Below the pieces are notes generated by a model, which saw only the letters and a list, made by a program, of their open reading frames with translations, was not told where the DNA came from and searched no databases. 64,000 bases of DNA, from contig NC_092372.1 of the NCBI RefSeq assembly GCF_030028105.1, positions 2,456,441-2,520,440 on the forward strand, read 5' to 3'. Within the stretch, counting starts at the first letter, position 1. Every line of letters starts with the position of its first letter. This DNA comes from Mobula birostris (taxonomy: Eukaryota). Positions 38,665 to 50,339 of this stretch are shown here, piece by piece. Position numbers and translations under genes: made by a program.

Positions 38665-38789
38665 AAATAAAAGACAGATCATGAGAATATTCACTGTCCC
38701 TCCTGCTGGTAATTCCAGTGCAGAGCCCAACTTCTATGACAACCTACAGAAGGTTCGCTTGCGGCAGCAACTGGACATGTACTCAATCG
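38665..38789 (+). CDS. SMIM19: SMIM19 second coding exon ([41 protein letters not shown])
   Basis: Acceptor tttctttcAG (38663-64) and donor G|GTAAG (38790); 125 nt. Matches recalled NKRRIMRIFSVPP..EPNFYD...RLRQQLEMYSI. Confidence 0.93.
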
Positions 38790-40468
38790 GTAAGCACGTT
38801 AGGCAACCGGTTACATACCCGATTGATAAGCCTGTTAGTAACTGGACAGGTACCAGATTGGTAAGCATGTTAGCCATGTTAGTGAAACCATTTTAGTTTT
38901 GAATTGGATAATCTCAAGAGTCTGTGTGGATGTAGTAAATTAAGGAAGTAACAACAGAATAAATTATTTTTCACTCAGAGGCCATTCTTTGGTGTAACAT
39001 CACTGATGTAACTAGCATTTGTGACCTGTGTCTACCTGTGTTTGGTTGCTTCCAAAACATTTTGACCTCTTGACTGTTCCTGAATTTAATCACTTGATCA
39101 GTGACAACTGTGCCCTCCTGCTGCTAATACCAGTCCAGAGCCCAGACTTTGGTGACAACCCCGCATTAGGGTTCACATATTTTTCAATTTCTGATGGAGG
39201 GAGTGAATCTTCCTTTGTTTTCTGTATTTTCACTTGTCTGCCAGAAAATGAATCTCAAGAAGGTATATGTTAGCATGTGTACTTGGATTTTAGTTCTCTG
39301 CCCCAGAGAGGGCATCACTGAGAGTATTTAAAGAGGAAGAAGATGAACAGTTGAAAGATGATTGAAGTGAAGGCTAACGGGAACTGGCCACACAGGATGA
39401 GTTTGGACCTGGTGAATTTAGTGAGCACATTGAGTGTTAGGGCCTTCTGAAGGGGCTGACTGATTAACTCCTGTCATATTTTCTTTCAGGTTCTGCCACT
39501 TCTTTACCCTTTTAAGATATTAAAGCATTCCTTATAACTATTTCTTTAGTCATCTCCCTCAAATCATACAAGGGACAATGCGGAAAGTGACTTAACGTCC
39601 CAGTTTAAATTCTGATTTTGTGGATGTAGCCCCCAGCATCCAGCCTCGTCCTCCTTGGGGGGTGGGGGGGGGGGTCTCTGTCACTCCTCTCGACTGCTGT
39701 CAGAGTTTCTGACCTGGGATTGTACGCCCACTCCCAGATTCACCTGCCTGTGCAGCAGGCCACTGCAAACCAGCTAGCCTGGATTTGCGTAATAAACTCC
39801 AGTCTGCAAAGCGATGTATCCAAGGCAATGTAGTTCTTTTGAACTTGATTTTAATCATTAATTACTCTTCAAAAGGGAAATATGTATTTATATTTTAAGA
39901 ACAATTATACTTACTGATTGTGTAAGTTACAAAAAACAATGAGAATAAATTTTCCCTTTCTGGTCTTGTTTGTTCAGATCCATCTTGCATTTTTTGATAA
40001 TTCCGCAGCATTTGGATATTTTCCAAATTGAACGTTTGAAATATATACAACTTGAGATGTAGTTAACAGAGTTATTCCTATATCTCTTGGTCAGCCACTC
40101 CCACATGGGAGGAGTTCCCATATTGTACAAGCAAAGTTATGAGGTGAAGTTCAGTTTAATTTCCTGCATGCTGCTGTGCTGGTGTGTGCTCTGCACTATC
40201 CCTCAGTAACGACCACAACAGTTCACTGTGCTGAGTGATTTGAATGAAAGCTGTTTGATCTGTTTCGCAGCAACAGTTCCAGATTTTAGTTAACATCCAC
40301 TACATGCTGAATTTGACTTATTCCTTGCAGTGGAGGACAGTTTCGTTGTCCTACTGTCAGGCTGGAGTTTATCACCTCAGCAGTTCCTGCCTTGCTCTTC
40401 GTGGTGACCCCAGTTCTTTGCAGTTGTGACTTTTGTATTTTTAAATGTATATATAGTCGCTGTTGTGT

Positions 40469-40773
40469 TGGCGCATGGCCAAGTGGTTAAGGCGTTCGTC
40501 TAGTGATCTGAAGGTCGCTAGTTCGAGCTTTGCCTAAGGCAGCGTGTTGTGTCCTTGAGCAAAGCACTTAACCACACATTGCTCTGCAACGACACTGGTG
40601 CGAAGCTGTAGGGTCCTAATGCCCTTCCCTTGGATAACATCAGTATCGTGGAGAGGGGAGACTTGCAGCATGGGCAACTGCTGGTCTTCCATACAACCTT
40701 GCCCAGGCCTGCACACTGGAAACCTTTCAAGGTGCAAATCCATGGTCTGACGAGACTAATGGATGCCTATTAC
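40469..40773 (+). mobile_element. tRNA-derived SINE
   Basis: A box TGGCCAAGTGG, B box AGTTCGAGC, central gtgtccttgagcaaagcactta domain. 14-bp TSD AGTCGCT(G/A)TTGTGT at 40455-68 and 40774-87. Confidence 0.85.
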
Positions 40774-40965
40774 AGTCGCTATTGTGTAATGGTGTGTGGT
40801 GTATGCTGTGTTGGCCTTCATTAGTCAGGGGACTGAGTTCAAGAGCTGTGAGGTAATGTTGCAGCTCTATAAAGCTGGTTAGACCCCACTTGGAGTACTG
40901 TGTTCAGTTCTGATCGCCTCACTATAGGAGCGATGTGGAAGCTTTAGAGAGGCTGCAAGGGAGAT

Positions 40966-41272
40966 AGAAACATAGAAAATAGGTGCAGGAGTAGGCCATT
41001 CGGCCCTTCGAGCCTGCACCGCCATTCAGTATGATCATGGCTGATCATCCAACTCAGAACCCTGTACCAGCCTTCCCTCCATACCCCCTGACCCCCGTAG
41101 CCACAAGGGCCATATCTAACTCCCTCTTAAATATAGTCAATGAACTGGCCTCAACTGCTTCCTGTGGCAGAGAATTCCACAGATTCACCACTCTCTGTGT
41201 GAAGAAGTTTTTCCTTATCTCGGTCCTAAAAGGCTTCCCCTCTATCCTCAAACTGTGACCCCTTGTTCTGGA
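40966..41272 (-). mobile_element. Young CR1 3' end nested in an older CR1
   Basis: Nearly identical to 59107-59420. Confidence 0.85.
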
Positions 41273-41554
41273 TTTACCAGGATGCTGCCTGGAATGGAGA
41301 GCATGTCTTACAAGGATAAGTTGAGTGAGCCTGGCTTTTCTCTTGGAGGCGAGGAGGACGAGAGAGAGCTGACTTAGTGGAGGTGTGTGAGATGAGAGGT
41401 ATATGAGAAACGTCGTGTGGGACGGTCAGGGTCAGGGTTGGATTCCTGGGGTGACAATCGCCAACACTAGAAAACACCAACCTTTTGCATCATTTGCAAA
41501 TGTACTAACCCACCCTTCCACTTTCTCAACAAAGTCATTTATAAAAAATCACAG

Positions 41555-42230
41555 GTCAGTCAAGTCTGTTGTCATTTAATTTTGTACATGTATATAACGT
41601 ATATAACCATATAATGTATATAGAAATGAGACAACGTTTCTCTGAACCAGGGTGTAAAGCAGAGTAGTACACAGAACACACGATAACTTATGAAGGTACG
41701 GATAAAATCTACAGATGAATCACACATAAATAACAAACTAAAGTGTATTAATATTAAATATTGTAAGGTACAGAACAGATTAACCGGTGACACTTCGAAT
41801 ACAATGTGGTCAGTTGGGAGTTTAGAAGCGTAATGTCCCGGGGGAAGAAACTGTTTCTCATCCTGACCATTCTTGTTTATCTCCTGGCTGGTGGTAGAAG
41901 GCCAGAGGATGATGGACGGGTGGGATTCTTAATACTAAGGGCACTATGCACGCAGCACTCCTGATAAACGTTCCCGATGGATGGTAGGGAGACTCCTATG
42001 ATCCTCACAGTCCTTTGTAGGGACTTCTGGTCGGATGCTCCACTGCTCCCATTCCAGATGGAGCTGCAGTTCATCAGGACGCTCCTATAAAACGCAGTTA
42101 CGATGGGGTGTGGAAGCCGTGCTTGCCTCAACCTTCTCAGGGAGGGGAGGTGATGCTGTGCCGTCTTGTTCAGGGAGGTTATGTTATGGGACCGGGTGAG
42201 GTAATCTGTGATGTAGAGGTCCCAGAACAC
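41555..42230 (-). mobile_element. Rex1/Babar-like LINE 3' fragment
   Basis: AQHHLPSLRRLRQARL...FYRS...KSLQRTVR. Confidence 0.65.
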
Positions 42231-42697
42231 AACTGGTTACAGAGCTCCAGGCAGAATATCCTCCATCTACAACCACCCTCTCCCTTCTGCGGGCAATCTA
42301 ATTCTGAATCCACGGAGCCGAATTTCTCTGGAACCCCTGCCTCCTGACCTTCTGAATGAACCTGCCAATGGCAACCTTATCAAACACCTTACTAAAATCA
42401 TTATCCACTACATCCACTGTTCTATCTTCATCAGTCACACCCTCAAAGATTATAACTATGATCAGCTGCTAATTCTTTATTTGTAGTTGTCTATAATCTC
42501 AGCAAGTTTCTTTGTATTGGATCTTTGCTCTAGTCAACTAAGATTCTTCCCAAATCCAGACTTGTGATTTAACGTACCAATCTGCGAGCTGAAATAGACT
42601 TTTAATAAAATCTTTTTATATTTTACTAATAATTTCAAAAGCAAGGTAGTTCTGCTTTCATTTTAGGTATATTAACATGTTGTTTTGATCATTTCAG

Positions 42698-42756
42698 CAC
42701 GCAAGTACGAGCAAGAGCAGGGACAGTTGGACAGCGTACAGCTTACAATGGAATGA
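42698..42756 (+). CDS. SMIM19: SMIM19 last coding exon (ARKYEQEQGQLDSVQLTME*)
   Basis: Acceptor atttcAG (42696-97), phase-compatible with the previous exon. Matches recalled SRKY...DSVQLSLE*. TGA at 42754-56; AATAAA hexamers downstream near 42824, 42902 and 44053. Confidence 0.9.
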
Positions 42757-44429
42757 CACTTGCAGTGCCATCGTTGGTAGAAATAGAAGAATGTGTGGGA
42801 CAGTTGCACGAGCTAGAAAACCCAATAAAGTGCTCTTTCAACGCCTGCAACTGGTGGGGAAATGCTGGGAATTGAACTTCAATACACACATCTACAGGAC
42901 TAATAAACGAGAGACACGTTACTGCCCACCTCACTAAAAATATTTTTCCATCCTTCACGTCTAACAGCAATCATGTCAATTGTGAAAATTTTCTCCTGAC
43001 AAATATGGAAAAGGGATTCAAGATCCCCAGTACGCTGGTGTTAATAGTTTTATGTAGAGTACCATGACCAACCCAAAGGTCTTGAAGTTTGTATTACTGG
43101 GTTACTGAGAATGTCTGTTTGTCTTTGAGGATTGAATTTGTTATGAATGACTGGATTGTTTTCAATTAGGAGTTAAATCAAGCAGTTCCAATATAAGATT
43201 CCTACATACAGAGCTTGGTTTAACATAAACAAAAATGTCTTGGTCAAAGTGCAACTTTGTTATAGAACATTCGGCCCACCATGTTGTGCTGACCTTAGAA
43301 CCTACTCTAAAACTCCTCGGTAACTCTTCCCTCCCACATAATCCTCCATTTCTGCCTATCTAGAGTCTGTTAAATTTCCCCTGTGCATCTGCCTCTCCCG
43401 CCAACCCTGCTCTGTGTGCGAGCTACTCTGTGCATTTAAAAAACACCTACCTCTGTCATCTATTCTATCTTGTCAGACATGTTACTGGTACTTGGTATAA
43501 CATTCTAATTCACCGTAAAAGTTAGAATTATATGACTTGTAAAAGAAGAAATAATCTTCACTGAATTGTTTTTAAATGAAAATATTCTGATCAATGGTCA
43601 GATAATTTTCTGTTTTTCCTTTTCGACAACTATTGATGTGTCCATGGGCATTTGTGGATTTGAGTGTCATTTTGCTGATAACTCCCTGCCTTTCAGCAGG
43701 GTTACCGGCTAATGAGCCAGGATGAGAAGTGCAATGTCAGCTCTATCTCTGCAGCCACTGGAATCGCAGACAAATGTAAATTAATTCAGGACTTGACGGA
43801 CTTTGAATTAAGATATTTCTGATCAGTGTGCACGTCCTAGGGCAGGCATCTTCAGGAATTCGTGCATCAGTAATTTTTCAGCTACCTGAGGAGGTTGTTT
43901 TGATGGTAACTTGGGTTTGGTTGTGATTTATCCTAGGTTTGACCCCAAAAACAAATGGACAGCAACTCTGCTCCACAAATTACGTTTCAGTCAGTGTTAA
44001 TTTGACTGGGTGAAAATTTATGCTTTGTTTGAAAATATCTGAAAATGTTATCAATAAAATATTTTAATTGACTCTCAATTAGAGTGTTAATATTTTTGTT
44101 TATATCATTGTTTTCTGATTTATGTAGGAGGAAGTGCCAATTATTTTTGTATAGGCAGTAGTTTTATCTGGACTTCACACATCAAAGATTAGATTCAACG
44201 GAGTTTACCTCAGCCAGATGCCTGGCGGTCAAAGAATTCTAATAGTCACAATTATAAGTCAACAATTTAGCTGAGAGAACTAAATGTCATATTTCCAAGT
44301 TTAACAGTGATATACAAAAACTGTGGAAGCTGAGTACTGAACAGTGTGTAAAGAGACTTGGAAATACAGAGATGCTGAGTGAGTGGTGAGAAAATAGCGG
44401 GAAGCAAAATTATTGGAAATGATTGAGAA

Positions 44430-47400
44430 GTTAGAAACATAGAAAACCTACAGCATAATAGAAGCCCTTCAGCCCACAAAGCTGTGTCGAACATGTCCCT
44501 ACCTTAGAAATTACTAGGCTTACCCATAGCCCTCTATTATTCTAAGCTCCATGTACCTATCCAAAAGTCTCTTAAACGACCCTATCCCATCCACCTCCAC
44601 CACCGTTGCTGGCAGCCCATTCCACACACCCACCGCTCACCACAGGATATGTGGTTCCCAAAGAGGATAAGTATTCTACAGGAAAGATGACACAAATGTG
44701 GCTAACCAGAGAAGTCAGAGCCAGCATAAACACCAAAGAGAAGCTGATGTTGGACACCATTTCACCAATTCAACCTTCCCTTGTTGCCCAATTAAAGCAA
44801 CGAGGGAGATTGAAACGCCAACTGCCTGCCTTTTCATTGCTGGTGAAATCGCTCTGCTACAGAGAGGGATAATGCTGCCCAGGTTGCTGGAGAGATAGTA
44901 ATGGGGACAAGGAAATGGTGATCGAACTGAATAAGTATTTTCAAAACTAGTAAATCTACAGCACATCACAGACCCTTCGGCCCACAGTGTTGTGCTGACC
45001 ATGTAACCAAATCTAAAAGCTGCATAGAATTTCCCTACTGCATAGCCCTCTATTTTTCTAAGCTACATGTATCTATCTAAGTCTCTTAAAAGACCCTATC
45101 GTTTCCACCTCCACTACCATCCCTGGCAGCGCATTCCACGCACTCAACACTCTGTGGAAAAATTTGCCCCTGATATCCCCTCTGTACCTACTTCCAAGCA
45201 CCTTAAAACTATGCCCTCTCATGTTAGTCATTTCAGCCCTGGGAAAAAGCCTCTGACTATCCACACAATCAATGCCTTTCATCATCTTATACACCTCTAT
45301 CAAGTCACTTCTCATCCCCCGTTGCTCCAAGGAGAAAAGGCCGAGTTCATTCAACCTATTCTCATAAGGCATGCTCCCCAATCCAGGCAACATCCTTGTA
45401 AATCTCCTCTGCACCCTCTTTATAGCATCCACGTCCTTCCTGTGGTGAGGTGACCGGAACTGGACACAGTACTCCAAGTGGGGTCTAACTAAGGTCTTTA
45501 TGTAGCTCTTATATAAAGTCTCACGTCTCTTGAACTCAGTCCCAAAGTTGATGAAGGCCAATGCCTTCTTAACAACACTGTCAACCTGCAGAGCAGTTTT
45601 GAGTGTCTAATGGACATGGACACCAAGATCTCGCTGATCCTCCACACTGCCAAGTCTTACCATTAATATTATATTCTGTCTTCAAATTTGACCAACCGAA
45701 ATGAACCGCTTCACACTTTTCTGGGTTGGACTCCATCTGCCACTTCTCAGGCCAATTCTGCATCCTATTGATGTTGCACTGCAACCTCTAATTTTGCAAC
45801 AGTCTTCACTGTGGGAGACACTCTCAGTATGGTGGAAGTTCCAGGTGTCAGGGGTCATGAAGTGTGTGAAGTTACCATAACTTGAGAGAAGGTTCTTGGC
45901 AAACTGTAAGTTCCAAAGGTAGCTAAGTCACCTGGTGTTGATGGTGTACACCTCAGGGTCCTGAAAGAGGTGGCTGAACAGATTGTGGAGGCATTAGTAA
46001 TGATCTTTCATGAAGACTGGAAAATTGCAAATGTCAGTCTGCGCTTCAGGAAGGGAGAGAGGCCGAAGAAAGGAAACTATTGGCCAGTTAGTCTGACCTA
46101 TGTGCTTGGGAAGATGTTGGAGTTCATTATCAACGATGAGGTTATCATGGTACTTGGAGACACATGATAAAATGGGCCGCAGGCAGTGTGGATTCCTCAA
46201 GGGAAAATCTTGCCTGACAAATCTGTTGGAATTCTTTGAAGAAAAAACAGACAGGATAGACAAGGGAGAATTGGTTGATGTTTTGTGTACTTGGATTTTC
46301 AGAAGGCCTTTGATAAGGTGCCACACATGAGGCTGCTTAACAAGCTTTGAGCCCATGGTATTACAGGAAAGATTCTAGCATGGACTAAGCAGTGGCTGAT
46401 TGGTAGGAGGCAAAGAGTGGGAATAAAGGGAGCCTTTTCTGGCCAGCTGCCAGTGACTAGTGTTCCACAGGTGTCTGTGTTGGGTTTCATTCTTTTTACG
46501 TTATATGTCAATGATTTAGATAATGGAATTGATGGCTTTGTTGCAAAGTTTGCAGACAATATGAAGCTAGGTGGAGGGACAGGTAGGTTTGAGGAAGTAG
46601 AGAGGCTACAGAAGAAATTAGTTTAGGAGAATGGGCAAAGAAGTGGCAGATGGAATACAGTGTCAGGAAGTGTATGGTCATGCACTTTGGTAGAAAAATG
46701 AAAGGGTTGACGATTTTCTAAATGGAGAGAAGGCAAAAAATGGAAATGGCAAGAGACTTGGGAGTCCTTGTGCAGGATTCTCTAAAGATTAATTTGCATG
46801 TTGTGTCTGTGGTGAGGAAGGCAAATGCAATGTTAGCATTCATTTCAAGAGGACTAGAATATAAAAGCAAGGATGTAATGTTGAGACTTTATAAAGCACT
46901 GGTGAGGTTTCACTTGGAATATTGTGAGCGGTTTTGGGCCCCTTATCTTAGAAAGGATGTGCTGAAACTGGAGAGGGTTCAAATGAAGTTCATGAATATG
47001 GTTCCAGGATTGAATGGTTTGTCATATGAAGGGTGTTTGATGGCTCTGGGCCTGTATTCACTAGAATTCAGAAGAATGAGGGATGACCTCATGGAAACCT
47101 ATTAAATGGTGAAAGGAATTGATAGAGTAGATGTGGAGAGGATGTTTCCTATGATAGGAAAGTCTAAGACCAGAGGACACAGCCTCAGAATAGAGGGGTG
47201 AAATTTTAGAATGGAGATGAGGAGGAATTTCTTAAGCCAGAGAGTGGTGAATCTGTGGAATCCTTTGTCAAAGGCAGCTGTGGAGGCCAAGTCTTTATGT
47301 ATATTTAAGGCAGAGGTTGATAGATTCTTGATTGGTCAAGGCACGAAGGAATACGGGAAGAAGGCAGGAGACTGGGGCTGAGAGGAAACTGGATCAGCCA

Positions 47401-47465
47401 CGATGAAATGCTTGGCAGTCTTGATGAGCCAATGGCCTTATTCTGCTCCTGTATCTTAGGGTCTT
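44430..47465. mobile_element. CR1 nest (minus-strand 3' ends at ~44430-44640 and ~44950-45790 within a plus-strand CR1)
   Basis: ORF2 motifs on both strands. Confidence 0.8.
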
Positions 47466-47726
47466 GTACAGAGAATTCTGAAAAATTCAGCACTATCTGA
47501 GCAGAGAAACATCCGGTGTTTCAGGACTGATAAAGTCACTTTGCAGATGATAAATGTTTAGGCAGTCGTCATGGAACTACAGCACAGAAACAGGTCTAGT
47601 CTCAGATGTACCTGTCAGGAACATATGCAGCTACAACAATGATTAGGAAGCTAAATAATACATAGGCCTTTCCTTCCAAATGCTGGTGAACGCAGCAGGC
47701 TAGGCAGCATCTGTAGGAAGAGGTGC

Positions 47727-47762
47727 AGTCGACGTTTCAGGCCGAGACCCTTCGTCAGGACT
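47727..47762 (-). ncRNA. Minimal type I hammerhead ribozyme in a Penelope-like element end (intact core)
   Basis: Reverse complement reads AGTC-CTGACGA-AGGGTCTCGGCCT-GAAAC-GTC-GACT. Confidence 0.8.
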
Positions 47763-48577
47763 AACTGAAGGAAGAGTGAGTAAGGGATTTGAAAGTTGGA
47801 GGGGGAGGGGGAGATCCAAAATGATAGGAGAAGACAGGAGGGGGAGGGATGGAGCCAAGAGCTGGACAGGTGATTGGCAAAAGGGATACGAGAGGATCAT
47901 GGGACAGGAGGTCCAGGAAGAAAGACAAGGAGGCGGGGAACCCAGAGGATGGGCAAGGGGTATAGTCAGAGGGACAGAGGGAGAAAAAGAGAGAAAAAAA
48001 AGGGGGAAAGAAGAAAAAAAATAAATATCGGATGGGGTACGAGGGGGAGGAGGGGCATTAACGGAAGTTAGAGAAGTCGATGTTCATGCCATCAGGTTGG
48101 AGGCTACCCAGACGGAATATAAGGTTTCTCTAACTTCCGTTAATGGATGGCATGAACATTTAGGTTCATTAACGGAAGTCAGAGAAACTTCCTCCAACAC
48201 TCAGGTTGGAGGAACAACACCTTATATTCCGTCTGGGTAGCCTCCAACCTGATGGCATGAACATCGACTTCTCTAACTTCCATTGGTGCCCCTCCTCCCC
48301 CTTGTACCCCATCTGTTATTTATTTATTTATTCTTTCCCCCTTTTTACCTCTCTTTTTCTGCCTCTGTCCCTCTGAATATACCTCTTGCCCATCCTCTGG
48401 GTCCCCCCCCCTTGCCTTTCTTCCCGGACCTCCTGTGCCATGATCTTCTCGTATCCCTTTTGCCAATCACCTGTCCAGCTCTTGGCTCCATCCTTCCCCC
48501 TCCTGTCTTCTCCTATCATTTTGGATCTCCCCCTCCCCCTCCAACTTTCAAATCCCTTACTCACTCTTCCTTCAGTT

Positions 48578-48613
48578 AGTCCTGACGAAGGGCCTCAGCC
48601 TGAAACGTCGACT
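48578..48613 (+). ncRNA. Minimal type I hammerhead ribozyme in a Penelope-like element end (intact core)
   Basis: AGTC-CTGACGA-A-GGGC(CTCA)GCCT-GAAAC-GTC-GACT: helix I AGTC/GACT, CUGANGA and GAAA cores, helix II, palindromic minimal helix III, GUC cleavage triplet. Confidence 0.8.
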
Positions 48614-49169
48614 GCACCTCTTCCTACAGATGCTGCCTGGCCTGCTGCGTTCACCAGCAACTTTGATGTGTGTTGCTTGAATTTCCAGCATCTGCAGAAT
48701 TCCTCGTGTGAGGGCAGGGATGGTTTCCAGAAGTCAGAAAAATCGATGTTCCTGCCATCAGAGACTTATGAAGGTGGTCTACAAATTACAGTGGGAGATA
48801 AAAAATAAAATGCATGTCAAAAGGGCAATGTTATGATAGTCACAGGGGATTTAAATATGCAGGTAGATTGGGAAAATTATGTTGGTGCTGGATCCGAAGA
48901 AAGAGAATTTGCGGAATGGCCATGGCTTTATTGCCCGTGGTGGGTTAAGACTGTAAAAGACATGTTGAGGTGAGTTTAACAGGGTGTCATTCGTTCATTA
49001 GCATAGCTAACGTTATTTAAACTAGCTGGCTAGCTGCTAAGGAGCTACTCTATTGCAGACATCCCACCTCTCCCGGAAGTTCCGCAAGTCTCCTGCAAAT
49101 TGATGGTGCTACAGTTTTTGCAGGGTGGGATGTCTGTGTTTGTGTGGATGCTGCTGTGATGTGTCCCCC

Positions 49170-49626
49170 TGTTACAAATCATTCCCATGAAATATCAGGC
49201 AGTATCCAGATGCAATTAAATGGTTTAGCTTTATAATTCTTGATTTAACTAAAGGATTAGAAAAGAAAAACAAAAAGGAAAGGGCCCATTTTAATGAAAC
49301 AGTCTTAATGTGCACAAGTTGGAGCTCACAGTTTCCCTTCCGCTGGTCCTCCATCGATTTCCCCTGGCTTTGTTGTCTCCCAGCCCCACTCCAATTCCAC
49401 TTCTTTCTGGTGTCCACGACCTCTCCTTTCTGGCATCTTCTGTCTCCATCTTCTGCTGAACAAAAGATCCAGACCACCTCGGTCTCAGGCACACAACAAG
49501 AAAAAAACAGTCCCTTCATTGGATGACACTCATTGCAAAGCCCCCGTTATCTCCAGCCATAACGGAAACACTGCAGCTGCAGGGAAAGCATGACCATTAG
49601 CAGTGAAACCTTTCACAGGGCGTTGG
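49170..49626 (-). mobile_element. Possible solo LTR
   Basis: Discrete block starting TGTTAC between unrelated TE fragments; the other end is degenerate. Confidence 0.35.
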
Positions 49627-50339
49627 TGCTGACATTGGCGAGGATTCAGCGGCGGTTCATGGGAATGATTCTGGGAATGAAAGGTTATCCTATGAGGAGT
49701 GTTTGATGGCTCTGGGTCTGTACTTGCTGGAATTTGGAAGAATGGGAGGTGGGGTGACATCTCATTGAAACCTATTGAGAGTTGAAAAGCCTGCGAACAG
49801 AGGATGTGGAGAGGACGTTTCTTGTGTTGGAGGAGTCTAGGACCAGAGGCAACAGCTTTTGAATGGAAGGGCATCCATTTAGAATGGAGATGAAGAGGAA
49901 CTTCTTAAACCAGAGGGTGGTGAATCTGTGGAATTGATTGCCGCAGATGGCCGTGGGGACCAGGTCATTGGGTACATTTAAGGTGGAAGCTGATAGGTTC
50001 TTGATTAGTCAGGGCATCGAAGGTTACAGGGAGAAGGCAGGAGAGTGGAGTTGGGGGGGAAACGGTTCGTCCAGGATGGAATGGTGGAGCAGACTCGATG
50101 AGCTGAATAGGCTAATTCTGCTCCTATGGTCTTATGTGAGGTGTTGATCTTCCAGCCTGCGTACTGGCCTCAAAGTGGAATGGGTTGTTTGTGCTGTTTG
50201 TTTTTTTGCATGTTGGGTGCCTGATGGCCTTTTTCATGGGCTCTATTGGGTTTCTTTGTCTAATGGCTGCCTGTAACGAGACGAATCTCAGGTTGTATAC
50301 ACCATAAATTCTTTCATCACAAAAGTATTTTGGATTTTG

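Larger units (their letters stand above)
47680..48708. mobile_element. Penelope-like element ends in inverted (fold-back) arrangement
   Basis: 47681-48125 is the near reverse complement of ~48215-48659. Each arm carries a hammerhead. Confidence 0.88.

Noticed and set aside
40470-40540. tRNA gene
   Set aside because: A and B boxes are present, but there is no convincing acceptor stem, and it continues into a SINE body bounded by a TSD.
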